Shown: positions 1-7,685 of the stretch, piece by piece
How the letters are laid out: every line of letters begins with the position of its first letter
Numbering within the stretch: the first letter of the stretch is position 1
DNA from: Vulcanimicrobiaceae bacterium
GTDB lineage: Bacteria > Vulcanimicrobiota > Vulcanimicrobiia > Vulcanimicrobiales > Vulcanimicrobiaceae
Assembly: GCA_046262595.1 (NCBI GenBank)
Contig: JBHEMM010000040.1
Span: 1-19,487, forward strand
Direction of reading: 5' to 3'
Length of the DNA stretch: 19,487 bases
Notes under the pieces: model-generated
The model's database searches: none
What the model was told of the DNA's origin: nothing
The model's input: the letters and a program-made list of their open reading frames with translations, nothing else
Program-made: the position numbers and the translations under genes

Positions 1-370
1 CATTCACCGGAATCCACACGTGCGCGTACGTGGCAAAGGTCACTGCGACCGCGGCGATCGCTCCGCTCTGGCTTACCAGCAGCGCGGTCCACCCGGACAT
101 GAAGGCGAGCATCGGATGGAATGCATCGCGCACGTAGCCGTACATGCCTCCGACATCGGGGCGGCGCGCGGCAAGCTCGGCAAAAACGAAGCCGCCGATA
201 AGCGCGATGGCGCCGCCCAGAAGCCAAGCAAACACGATAAGACCGCCGGAGTGCAGCCGTTGAGCTACGACCGAGGGCGTCATGAAGATGCCCGAGGCGA
301 CGATACAGCTCATCACGATCAGCGTCGCGTCGAAGGCACCGAGCTGCTTGGCAAGACGAGGCCTGCTCAT
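1..370 (-). CDS. APC-family (LAT-like) amino acid/polyamine permease, N-terminal part; runs off the window
   Basis: Not in the ORF track. Manual translation from ATG at 370 gives MSRPRLAKQLGAFDATLIVMSCIVASGIFMTPSVVAQRLHSGGLIVFAWLLGGAIALIGGFVFAELAARRPDVGGMYGYVRDAFHPMLAFMSGW..., with typical APC motifs (L..LG.FDAT, SGIF, W..GG, FAELA..P..GG.Y.Y, F..GW). The frame is open to base 1. Confidence 0.93.
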   Translation of the reverse strand, partial: MSRPRLAKQLGAFDATLIVMSCIVASGIFMTPSVVAQRLHSGGLIVFAWLLGGAIALIGGFVFAELAARRPDVGGMYGYVRDAFHPMLAFMSGWTALLVSQSGAIAAVAVTFATYAHVWIPVN

Positions 371-397
371 CGTGCGACCATTGCCTGCCTGCCGGCG

Positions 398-565
398 CCT
401 TTTGTGACCTCGACCGTGGTGACATCTCGGCGGATCCCGGCGCTCATCCGACACACGCTGAACCTCGAATCCGGGCTGAACGACGGCCTCGCGCTGCCCT
501 TCGTCCTCTTCTTTTTAGTCCTCGCCCAGCCGGGAGGCGACGCCGGCACCGCAGCGGCGAAGCTG
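398..565 (+). pseudogene. Internal fragment of a CPA1/NhaP-type cation:proton antiporter gene
   Basis: Translates as PFVTSTVVTSRRIPALIRHTLNLESGLNDGLALPFVLFFLVLAQPGGDAG, containing the CPA1 ESGLNDG motif followed by a TM helix. Only about 55 codons, with no N- or C-terminal part and no RBS; antisense to the surrounding operon. Confidence 0.75.
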
Positions 566-567
566 GC

Positions 568-1215
568 TCAGCGGGGCTCGACTTCAGGCGGCAAGATCGC
601 GGATGCAGAACCGGGCGTGACGCTTAGCGCACGCGGCGCCCCGTTTGCCGCACGCCGTATTTCGTAAGCGATCGGCTTACACGAGCCGTTGTTCGTCAGT
701 TCCGACGAGCATGCGCTGATGCCGAAGACGAGGTCGGTCAGCGCTTCGATCGTAAACATGTCGCCGGTGCGGCAGGGCGGCGGATGGATCGTCACGCGGC
801 CGTCGCGGTGCACGCGTACGTCCATGAAAACGTTTATTGTAGCGACGAGCGAATCCGGATCCACGGCGAACTCGCGCAGTGCGCGGCACAAACTTGTAAA
901 ACAACTCGGGTGCGCCGGCTGCCCGCGCCGTGCGAACATTTCCATGCTGCACGGCGCGAGCAGCATATCGTGTGCACCGCAGGTGTCTTCAACGACGCGC
1001 GCGATCGGTGTACTGCGTTGTGAGTACAGCGTCGTTCCGCACGCGAGGCGTGTTGACTCGTTGTAATCGATCGTGCGCCCGGCGGAAAAGGCATCGCGCG
1101 GATCGGCGGCGTTGAAAAGCGCGATGTCGGCCACTTGTTCGCTATGGAGCGCGACGACGCGCAGCCGGGCGCCGCGCCCGAGCAGCCCGGCGGCACCGCT
1201 TTGCGCCGGTAGCAT
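568..1215 (-). CDS. DUF1989 / urea carboxylase-associated (YcgI/CgdAB-like) protein
   Basis: Motifs QVAD, FSAGRTIDY, LYS, EDTCGAHD.L..PC, HPSC, NVFM.V, GISACS, NNGSCKPI. ATG at 1215 overlaps the upstream TAA (TAATG coupling); an alternative ATG lies at 1245. Confidence 0.9.
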   Translation of the reverse strand: MLPAQSGAAGLLGRGARLRVVALHSEQVADIALFNAADPRDAFSAGRTIDYNESTRLACGTTLYSQRSTPIARVVEDTCGAHDMLLAPCSMEMFARRGQPAHPSCFTSLCRALREFAVDPDSLVATINVFMDVRVHRDGRVTIHPPPCRTGDMFTIEALTDLVFGISACSSELTNNGSCKPIAYEIRRAANGAPRALSVTPGSASAILPPEVEPR

Positions 1216-2006
1216 TACGATTGCCGGTGAAACGGGCAGCGCCATTTCTGTTCCGTTTGCCGTCCCGCGTATTGCCGGGCTTCGCTGCTTTCACCGTACG
1301 CACGCAGTTCGGGGTTGACGGAGCCCTGCAGTGCAATCTCCCGCTCACGAACGATTCGCTGGATGCGCTCGAAGTTGCCGTCCCGCTTTGCCGCAGCGAA
1401 TTGTGCGTGTGCGTTGAAGGCCAATGCGGGAACGAACAGACGCCGGGAATCGCGCGAGCTGCGCGGATGCATGCCGACCACAAAAAATGGCGATTGCGCA
1501 AAACTGAAGGCGAAATGCACGCTTTGCGGGTCGGCCGATACACCGGGCGCCCACGGGAAGTGCTTTGCGTCCTCCTCGTGAAGATATTGCAACTGCTTCC
1601 ACAGTGCGCGCTCGAACGACAACTCGTCTTCGATCGGCTGCTCGGCAAACGCGGCGACGAAAGTGGTATAACGGCTGCGCATGTACCGCTGCTCGGCAAC
1701 GAATGCCGCGAGATCGCGCGCGAGCCCTGCGGCGGAACGGCGCGCCGGAAAACCCTCGTACCACCCGAAGCGGTAACCGCCGCTTCGCACCGATGCTTTC
1801 GCCGCAACGCATGAAAAACGCGCGCTCGATAGAAACGCGCGAATCGATTTGTCCGTCATTTTTGCGTTCGCGGAGGGTTCTTTCCAATCGAGCAGACGCA
1901 CGAGGTTGCCGTCCATGACGGCGGAATAGTTGCTGGCCGCTAGGGCCGCTGCCGACGTGAACGGATTGGCCGACTCGTAAAGCGAGACCGCCTGTTGGGG
2001 CGTCAT
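1215..2006 (-). CDS. YqcI/YcgG family heme-dependent guanidino N-hydroxylase (DcsA/GntA-like)
   Basis: Motifs FSCVAAK, FE..LW.QLQ.LH..D, W...VS.DP....F.FS, FFVVGMHP.SSR.SRR, FN.H.QF, R.R...LQGS.NP, SEARQY.GR, and C-terminal WRCPF. ATG at 2006 forms an ATGA overlap with the upstream gene's stop; the ORF-track extension to 2531 overlaps the glycosyltransferase out of frame. Confidence 0.9.
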   Translation of the reverse strand: MTPQQAVSLYESANPFTSAAALAASNYSAVMDGNLVRLLDWKEPSANAKMTDKSIRAFLSSARFSCVAAKASVRSGGYRFGWYEGFPARRSAAGLARDLAAFVAEQRYMRSRYTTFVAAFAEQPIEDELSFERALWKQLQYLHEEDAKHFPWAPGVSADPQSVHFAFSFAQSPFFVVGMHPRSSRDSRRLFVPALAFNAHAQFAAAKRDGNFERIQRIVREREIALQGSVNPELRAYGESSEARQYAGRQTEQKWRCPFHRQS

Positions 2007-2989
2007 CGCTGCCACGCTCGCTGCAGCAGCCGCGTCGGCGTTGCGGCACGCGTGACCACGGTTCCGCTGTAGCGCATTCCGCCGAAGCACACGCGCGAAC
2101 CAACCGCAAGCCATGCGCAGATCGCGCGTTCGCAAACCCAGAGCGGCGCGGTAAACACCGCCGCGATCGGAAAATACTGCGCGCCGCCCGCACGCGCGAA
2201 ACCGATCCCCGCTGCCGCCATTGCCAGCCCTGCCAGCGTAACGGGGATCTGCCAGTTGTGCGCAGCGATGCATCCGGCGAGGACGGGAAGCACCGTAAGC
2301 GCTGAAGCAAGCCGCAGCGGGCGCGCGAACTCGTCGTATGCCTGGCGGATGCGCTGACTCAAAAAGTGCGCACTTGAGGGCGAAAGGCGCCGCACGTAGA
2401 TCCGGCGCGCAACGATTTCGCGTCCACCCTGCGCGCGGATCGTGCGCACGAGCTCCAGATTTTCGAACAGCACGTTCGCATCGTATCCCCGAGGCAGCGC
2501 TTGCGCACGAAACGCAAGCGTGCCGGGCCAATCGCCGTCAAGCGCACGATTGATCAGGGTGCGCGAGGTGTCCAGAATCGCGTGCCAAGGAAGCGGCTCG
2601 AAATAATTCTGCGGACGCACGACGTCAGCACGTTCGAGCGCCGCGAGCGTGCGCTCAAGCGCTGCGTTCTCGTAACGGACGTCGTCGTCGGCGACGACGA
2701 TGTACGGCTGTGTGGCGAACTGCAATCCCGTCAAAACGCCGCGCACCTTTCCGTTCGTGCCCGCGATATGGGGGTCCGGCGGCACGTGTACCGCCACGCC
2801 GTCCAACACTTTGCGGTGCTCTGCGAAAACCGAGGGCGGCGAACCATCGACGACAACGATTTGCTTCACTGCAAGCGAGCGTAAATAAGCTGCGAACTCC
2901 CCCCGAATAACGGCGCAGGAAGCGCGAAGGGGCAACAGGTAGGTCGTTTTCTCAGCGTAGGGGCCCGCCATGTTGGACACTATTCCCAC
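2003..2989 (-). CDS. Membrane-associated glycosyltransferase, GT2/GT21-like
   Basis: IVVVDGS, NGKV (compare GT21 NPK), DxD motif ADDDVRY, FENLEL, QRIRQ (QxxRW variant) and hydrophobic C-terminal helices. GTG start lies 9 nt after AGGAG. Confidence 0.85.
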   Translation of the reverse strand: MGIVSNMAGPYAEKTTYLLPLRASCAVIRGEFAAYLRSLAVKQIVVVDGSPPSVFAEHRKVLDGVAVHVPPDPHIAGTNGKVRGVLTGLQFATQPYIVVADDDVRYENAALERTLAALERADVVRPQNYFEPLPWHAILDTSRTLINRALDGDWPGTLAFRAQALPRGYDANVLFENLELVRTIRAQGGREIVARRIYVRRLSPSSAHFLSQRIRQAYDEFARPLRLASALTVLPVLAGCIAAHNWQIPVTLAGLAMAAAGIGFARAGGAQYFPIAAVFTAPLWVCERAICAWLAVGSRVCFGGMRYSGTVVTRAATPTRLLQRAWQR

Positions 2990-3983
2990 TACTGCGTACT
3001 CCTTGCGAAAAGTCGAACGCCATGCTTGCGTCGTATGCGCCGCAGTCCGCGATAACGACCGCCGCGCCGGCTTCGCATCCGCTTAGATCCACGTTGCTCG
3101 CAACGACGTCATATTCCAAACACGTCCGTCCGAGAATGCGTCCGGCGCCGGCGCGCACCGGCTCGATGCGTCCATTACGCATCAAAAAGAGCCGATGCTC
3201 GAACGTGCGGATCTGCGGCACATCGGGGTACCCGGCGTCGATTACGATGTCGTTCTCGCGCACCTCCAGAATCGGAGCGATCTGCGCTTCGACCGCCGCG
3301 GCAAGCGCTTGCCCGGGCTCCGCAAGGACAAGCTTCACCGATGCAAGCGAGCCGCTCACGGCGTCTTCAAGCCATTCAAAATCGCCTGCGCGTACCGATG
3401 CGTCAAATGTGCGCGGCTCTTTACCGCCGCCGCAATCAAATGCGGCAACGCGCGAGCCGGAGGCGCGCTCCAAGTCTTGTGCGATGCTTATGACGGATTG
3501 CGCGAGTGCGCGCCACGTGTACCGGCCGTAGTCTTCAGGACGCACGTGAAAGGACACGCCGAAGGACGCGCGACCGCTCTCGCGGATCGCCCGGGCCAGC
3601 TGCACAAGATCTTCGTGCGGCACGCCGAACCGCGATGCGATCTGCGGCGGCCGCACGCGCACGCCGCACAGCGCGCCGGCGAACCGCTGTGCGTTTTGGG
3701 TAAAAGCTTGCACCGAATCGGCGAAAACAATGCCCGGCTGCGCGCCGCAAAACGCCGCCGGGTACGGGCCGTTATACACGATCGCAGGAAGCGGCGCCCC
3801 GAAGCGGGCGGCGTGTTCCAATTCGGCGGGACTGATCACTTCCGGCCGAATTCCGTTGTCGAGCGCGGCCTGCAGCATCTCTACGCGCGGATTCGTTTTA
3901 ACGCTGTAGCAGAATTGCAGCAGGCGGCGTTCGCACTGCAACTGCGCGAGCGATTCGAACGCGCGACGTGCAACGCCGTTCAA
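2952..3983 (-). CDS. Fold-type III PLP-dependent decarboxylase (Orn/DAP/Arg decarboxylase family), divergent
   Basis: YSVKTNP (PLP lysine), EVISPAEL, YNGP, SRFG, DCGGG, EPGQ, GRTCLEYD (catalytic Cys) and GAY. The start is uncertain: TTG at 3983 or a coupled CTG at 4073. Confidence 0.85.
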   Translation of the reverse strand: MNGVARRAFESLAQLQCERRLLQFCYSVKTNPRVEMLQAALDNGIRPEVISPAELEHAARFGAPLPAIVYNGPYPAAFCGAQPGIVFADSVQAFTQNAQRFAGALCGVRVRPPQIASRFGVPHEDLVQLARAIRESGRASFGVSFHVRPEDYGRYTWRALAQSVISIAQDLERASGSRVAAFDCGGGKEPRTFDASVRAGDFEWLEDAVSGSLASVKLVLAEPGQALAAAVEAQIAPILEVRENDIVIDAGYPDVPQIRTFEHRLFLMRNGRIEPVRAGAGRILGRTCLEYDVVASNVDLSGCEAGAAVVIADCGAYDASMAFDFSQGVRSSGNSVQHGGPLR

Positions 3984-4069
3984 AAAAACGCGTTCGCGCC
4001 GGTACGGCGGCTGCGCGGCGCGCGCAGTGAGCTCCTCGAGAATCGCAGCGGCGGAGACTTCCAGGGCGT

Positions 4070-4357
4070 TCAGATGTCGTCGCGTAACTCGAACGTTTCG
4101 CCGAGATCCGCGACGGCCAGAAAATCCCGAACGCGTGCGCTCACGTGTGCCAGCACGATCGGCGTCTTGCCTGCCTCCGTGCGCGCGCGCTGGAAGCGGA
4201 CGAGCGAACGCATTGCTGCCGTGTCGATCCCGTTGACGGCTTCGAAGTCGAAAACCAGGGGTTCGGCATCACCGAACCGGTCCAGAAGCGAGTCGAGTTC
4301 GTCACGCCGGGAGATGTCGTACTCCCCCGTCAAACGCACGATGGCGGCGTCGTCCAT
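4070..4357 (-). CDS. STAS domain protein (anti-sigma factor antagonist-like)
   Basis: 95 aa; VRLTGEYDI...L, LVFDFEAVNGIDTAAMRSL (Thr at the usual phospho-Ser position), V..FLAVADL. Confidence 0.85.
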   Translation of the reverse strand: MDDAAIVRLTGEYDISRRDELDSLLDRFGDAEPLVFDFEAVNGIDTAAMRSLVRFQRARTEAGKTPIVLAHVSARVRDFLAVADLGETFELRDDI

Positions 4358-4402
4358 TGGCGATATTTCTACCCCATGCGCTTACCGTCCAATTGGCTAG
4401 AG

Positions 4403-4444
4403 CTTGAACGCTTCAAGTAGGAAATACGCGGGCCCGGCCGATAA
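4403..4444. promoter_or_regulatory. Divergent control region: inverted repeat CTTGAA-cgc-TTCAAG (4403-4417) and sigma28-like -10 GCCGATAA (4437-4444, + strand)
   Basis: Perfect 6-bp inverted repeat between the divergent STAS and S41 genes. GCCGATAA matches the FliA/SigD -10 consensus 8 nt before the S41 ATG, but the -35 match (TAGG) is weak. Confidence 0.35.
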
Positions 4445-4452
4445 ATACGGAT

Positions 4453-5772
4453 ATGCGCTTACCACGCCGGGCCGTTTCTATTGCCGTTATCTTTGCGTTG
4501 CCGCTGGCTCTGTTTGCCGCGGCCCCTCCGGCGGGCGCCGGCGAGGACCTGCGCGAGAGCTATCAGCTGCTCTCGGCAACGTATTATTCAAGGGTCGACG
4601 TACAGCACCTCATGGACAGCGTTCGCGATTCGCTTGCGGAATCGGCGCGCAAACGCGGCGTGCGTCTGACGCTTCCCGCTTTACACGACAGCGGCAACGG
4701 CGGAGCGAACGTGTCCGCACTTTCGGACGCCATCGCGCTGGCTCAAAACGCAACCCACGAATCGGGTGTCGATCTGACGTATGGCGCCATTGAGGCGATG
4801 GCGCGCTCGATCGGCGATCGCTACACCGCATTCTTTACTCCCGATGAATTTCGCAAATTTAACGCGGCGCTCGACCCCGAAAAGATCTCCGGCATCGGCG
4901 TGCTGATCGAACCCGACCCGCTTACGAAATATATCCGCGCCTATTACGTCGTGCCCGGGACGCCCGCGGAGAGAGCTGGCCTGCAGACGGGCGATGTCTT
5001 TACCGCCATTGACGGTGTGTCCACGCGCAACCACAATCAGGAGAGCGCATCCAAATTGCTGCGCGGAAACATCGGCACGGCCGTGCACGTCCAATTCGAA
5101 CGCGACGGGAAAGCGCAGCCGCCCCTATCGATTACGCGATCGGAAGTGCGTCCGCCCACCGTCATCTACAAGATGCTCGCGCAGCATGTGGCGTACATTT
5201 GGATCATGCAGTTCGGGCGGGAAACGCCGTCGGAGTTTTCCAGCGCGCTCGATCGCGCCCAGCGCAACGATGTACGCGCGTATGTGATCGATCTGCGCAA
5301 CGACGGCGGCGGATATGTGAGCTCGGCGCTCGACATCAGCTCTAAATTTGTCAATAGCGATCCGTTGTTGACGATCGAACAGCGCGGCGCCGCGAGCGAA
5401 ACGGTGGATGCTCAAGGCCACGCCTTGCCGCCGCGTCCCATGGCGCTGCTCGTCAACCGTTATACGGCTTCCGCCTCCGAGATCACGGCCGGCGCGCTTC
5501 AAGACGACGGCATAGCGGTGCTCGTCGGCGAAAAAACGTTCGGCAAAGGCGTGATGCAATCGCTCACGCAGTTGCCCGACGGCGCGGCTATCAAGATCAC
5601 GACGGCGCATTATCTCACCCCGAAGAACCGCGATATCAACCTCAAAGGCATCGAGCCCGACTATACGGTTACGGAAAACAAGGACGCGCGCTATGGCGAC
5701 GTCGAGCACGACTCGCAACTTCAAGCCGCTTTGACGATTCTCGGAAAGAAAATCGCCCAGGCGAAACCGTGA
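4453..5772 (+). CDS. ctpA: S41A carboxy-terminal processing protease with PDZ domain
   Basis: Signal peptide, D.YT, SGIG, PDZ (PA.RAGLQ.GD), DLRNDGGG, TASASE (catalytic Ser), TFGKG (catalytic Lys), TTAHYLTP, GIEPD. Confidence 0.95.
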   Translation: MRLPRRAVSIAVIFALPLALFAAAPPAGAGEDLRESYQLLSATYYSRVDVQHLMDSVRDSLAESARKRGVRLTLPALHDSGNGGANVSALSDAIALAQNATHESGVDLTYGAIEAMARSIGDRYTAFFTPDEFRKFNAALDPEKISGIGVLIEPDPLTKYIRAYYVVPGTPAERAGLQTGDVFTAIDGVSTRNHNQESASKLLRGNIGTAVHVQFERDGKAQPPLSITRSEVRPPTVIYKMLAQHVAYIWIMQFGRETPSEFSSALDRAQRNDVRAYVIDLRNDGGGYVSSALDISSKFVNSDPLLTIEQRGAASETVDAQGHALPPRPMALLVNRYTASASEITAGALQDDGIAVLVGEKTFGKGVMQSLTQLPDGAAIKITTAHYLTPKNRDINLKGIEPDYTVTENKDARYGDVEHDSQLQAALTILGKKIAQAKP

Positions 5773-5850
5773 CCGCTGTGAGGATGTGCTTCTTGGCGGG
5801 ACGCTCGCGCATGAAGATCTCGTTTCCGCCGCATGCGTTGAGCGGTCGGC

Positions 5851-5856
5851 TACAAT
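5851..5856 (+). promoter_or_regulatory. -10 element TACAAT of a probable leaderless promoter
   Basis: TACAAT lies 6 nt upstream of the ATG at 5863, and no Shine-Dalgarno sequence is present. Confidence 0.55.
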
Positions 5857-5862
5857 ACGGTC

Positions 5863-6330
5863 ATGAGTAAAGGGCCCAACACCGCAGGCGTAGTCGCCTT
5901 CCCTCCGCTGATCTACGGCATTCCGCTTTTGACCACGCTCATCGTCGACCGCGTGACCTCCAAGAAGCGGCTGCCTGCGCCGCTGCGCCTGCTCTCGATA
6001 GGGTTTTTCGCGGCCGCAGCGTCAGTCATGGCTCCATCGTTTCGCGAGTTCGGCAAAGCGCAAACGCCGGTGGATCCGTTCGAAGAAACGACGGCGCTTG
6101 TGCAATCGGGCCCGTACGCGTACACGCGCAATCCGATCTACGTGGGGTTGACCCTCGCATACGCGGGCGTTGCCTTCGCGGCGGGCAGCGGTTTATCGCT
6201 TGCTGCACTGCCCGTGATTGTGCGGTTCATGAACGCGGGCGTCATTGAACGCGAGGAGCGCTACCTCGAGCAAAAATTCGGCGAGCAATATCGCCGGTAT
6301 AAAGCGAAGGCGCCTCGCTGGCTGTATTAA
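5863..6330 (+). CDS. Isoprenylcysteine carboxyl methyltransferase / PEMT family membrane methyltransferase
   Basis: PP.IY N-terminus, TPVDP, LV.SGPYAYTRNPIYVG, EERYLEQKFGEQYRRYK...PRW. Confidence 0.92.
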   Translation: MSKGPNTAGVVAFPPLIYGIPLLTTLIVDRVTSKKRLPAPLRLLSIGFFAAAASVMAPSFREFGKAQTPVDPFEETTALVQSGPYAYTRNPIYVGLTLAYAGVAFAAGSGLSLAALPVIVRFMNAGVIEREERYLEQKFGEQYRRYKAKAPRWLY

Positions 6331-6507
6331 GCCGACACCGTTTCTTGTGCCGGACGGCAGCAACCATCGCGGGATGATCGCGCCCCATGCGGCGGCGTTT
6401 GCGAGCTGTTGCCGCAGCGAACCTACGGCAAGCCGAACGACGTGCCGGTTCGAAATCACCAGGTTAACGCTTGCCTTGCGCGAACCGTCGCCGCAAAGGA
6501 GGTTCTG

Positions 6508-6963
6508 ATGAAACCGTTTATATGTTTTCTGGCTTTTTTAATGCTGTTTCCGCCGAACGGGAACGCCGCCGGCACCGTGACGCCCCCAGCGCAAATGATG
6601 AAAAACGCGCTTGGCGCGTTCACCTGCACCACAGGTGGCGCGCGGAAGCACAGTTCGACGTTTTCCCCGCTCTTCGGCGGCAAAGCAATGGAGCTTTCGG
6701 AAGCGACCGAACGCGGTTTTGTGACCTACGATCGTTCCAAAAACAAATGGATCTATTCCTATCTTGGGGCGGACGGCTCGTATTCGCTCTTGGAAGGCAA
6801 GAGCGTCGCGGCGAACGGCATTGATTTTACATCGGTGTATCCCTCGGGAATGAACACGACGCTCAAGGTGCGCTATCAAAGCACGAAGCACTTTACGGTT
6901 CGGTTCAGTGGCGTAGTGAACGGCAAGGCGTTCGGCCAAACGGAGATTTGTTCGCGCAGCTAG
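6508..6963 (+). CDS. Secreted hypothetical protein, probably beta-rich
   Basis: Strong SD AAGGAGG 5 nt before ATG 6508. Signal-peptide-like MKPFICFLAFLMLF...NAA; Cys near each end of the mature region (FTCTT, EICSRS). Confidence 0.75.
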   Translation: MKPFICFLAFLMLFPPNGNAAGTVTPPAQMMKNALGAFTCTTGGARKHSSTFSPLFGGKAMELSEATERGFVTYDRSKNKWIYSYLGADGSYSLLEGKSVAANGIDFTSVYPSGMNTTLKVRYQSTKHFTVRFSGVVNGKAFGQTEICSRS

Positions 6964-7001
6964 CGCAGGCGCTGCTTCGTTGCAAACGTCACGCGTTTTT
7001 C

Positions 7002-7028
7002 AGCCGGGCCGCAGTCCGCGGCCCGGCT
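7002..7028. terminator. Perfect 11-bp GC-rich hairpin between convergent genes (possible terminator)
   Basis: AGCCGGGCCGC-agtcc-GCGGCCCGGCT. There is no canonical U-tract after it on either strand. Confidence 0.45.
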
Positions 7029-7117
7029 CGATCGGCAGGCGGTCCGAGCTAAGGGCGTCGTTTAGTTTAATTCCCGTGTACGAGGCTCGTCGACTTCGGT
7101 ACCGTCTGAGTCGGCGG

Positions 7118-7675
7118 TCAATCCATTGTCCATCCCGCCGGCTTCGGCTTGCGCGGCAAATTCTTGGGGTACGTGCCCTCAGGATACTTGGCCTTGAACT
7201 CGCTGGCCAGCACCGCGAGATACTCAAAGTTCTCATACACCCCTGGCCCGGCCGTAATCCGGCGAGCGAAGACGAGCGGAGCGAGTGCTTCCCATGAACC
7301 GATGACGTTGTCGCCCCATAAATCGCAGAAAATCGTCGCGTCGATGATTCGATTTTTGACCAGGCAGCCCGCATTTTCGAAAAAGTTGCCGACGACGAGC
7401 GCCGCCTCGAGCTCGGGCAATCCGTTGATCCTTGGCAAACTGACCACTTTTTGCAAGAACTCGCGTTCGTTAAGGCGTTCCGCGAGGTTGCCGTAGATTT
7501 CGCGAAGTTTCAGCTGGAAAGCCGGATTCTCGATCGTTTCACGAAGCTCGGTAAGCGCAAGAATCTGATTCGACCCGCGCATATGGCGCACTTGAGTTAT
7601 CGCCGCGAACACCGAGCCGGCGATCACAACCATGGTCACCAGGGACGAGATAGCGCCCACCCATTCCGGCGTCAT
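7118..7675 (-). CDS. DUF4760-like protein with an N-terminal TM helix
   Basis: MTPEWVGAISSLVTMVVIAGSVFAAITQVRHMR..NQ, GNFFE..G.LVK...ID, W..L.P....R, YENFEYLA. The real start is ATG 7675; the ORF-track extension runs through the MCC relic. Confidence 0.8.
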   Translation of the reverse strand: MTPEWVGAISSLVTMVVIAGSVFAAITQVRHMRGSNQILALTELRETIENPAFQLKLREIYGNLAERLNEREFLQKVVSLPRINGLPELEAALVVGNFFENAGCLVKNRIIDATIFCDLWGDNVIGSWEALAPLVFARRITAGPGVYENFEYLAVLASEFKAKYPEGTYPKNLPRKPKPAGWTMD

Positions 7676-7685
7676 TGCAGCGAGC

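Noticed and set aside
20..667. 215-aa + strand ORF
   Set aside because: Composite of the antisense shadow of the permease, the antiporter fragment and the antisense of the DUF1989 tail; not a coherent gene.
1215..2006. Guanitoxin or D-cycloserine biosynthetic cluster
   Set aside because: Only the GntA/DcsA-family member is present; none of the other pathway enzymes are visible in the window.
2007..2531. N-terminal extension of the 438-aa ORF
   Set aside because: Overlaps the glycosyltransferase out of frame; the YqcI/YcgG gene has a coupled ATG at 2006.
3195..4400. 401-aa + strand ORF
   Set aside because: Antisense shadow of the decarboxylase and STAS genes in high-GC DNA, with no motifs.
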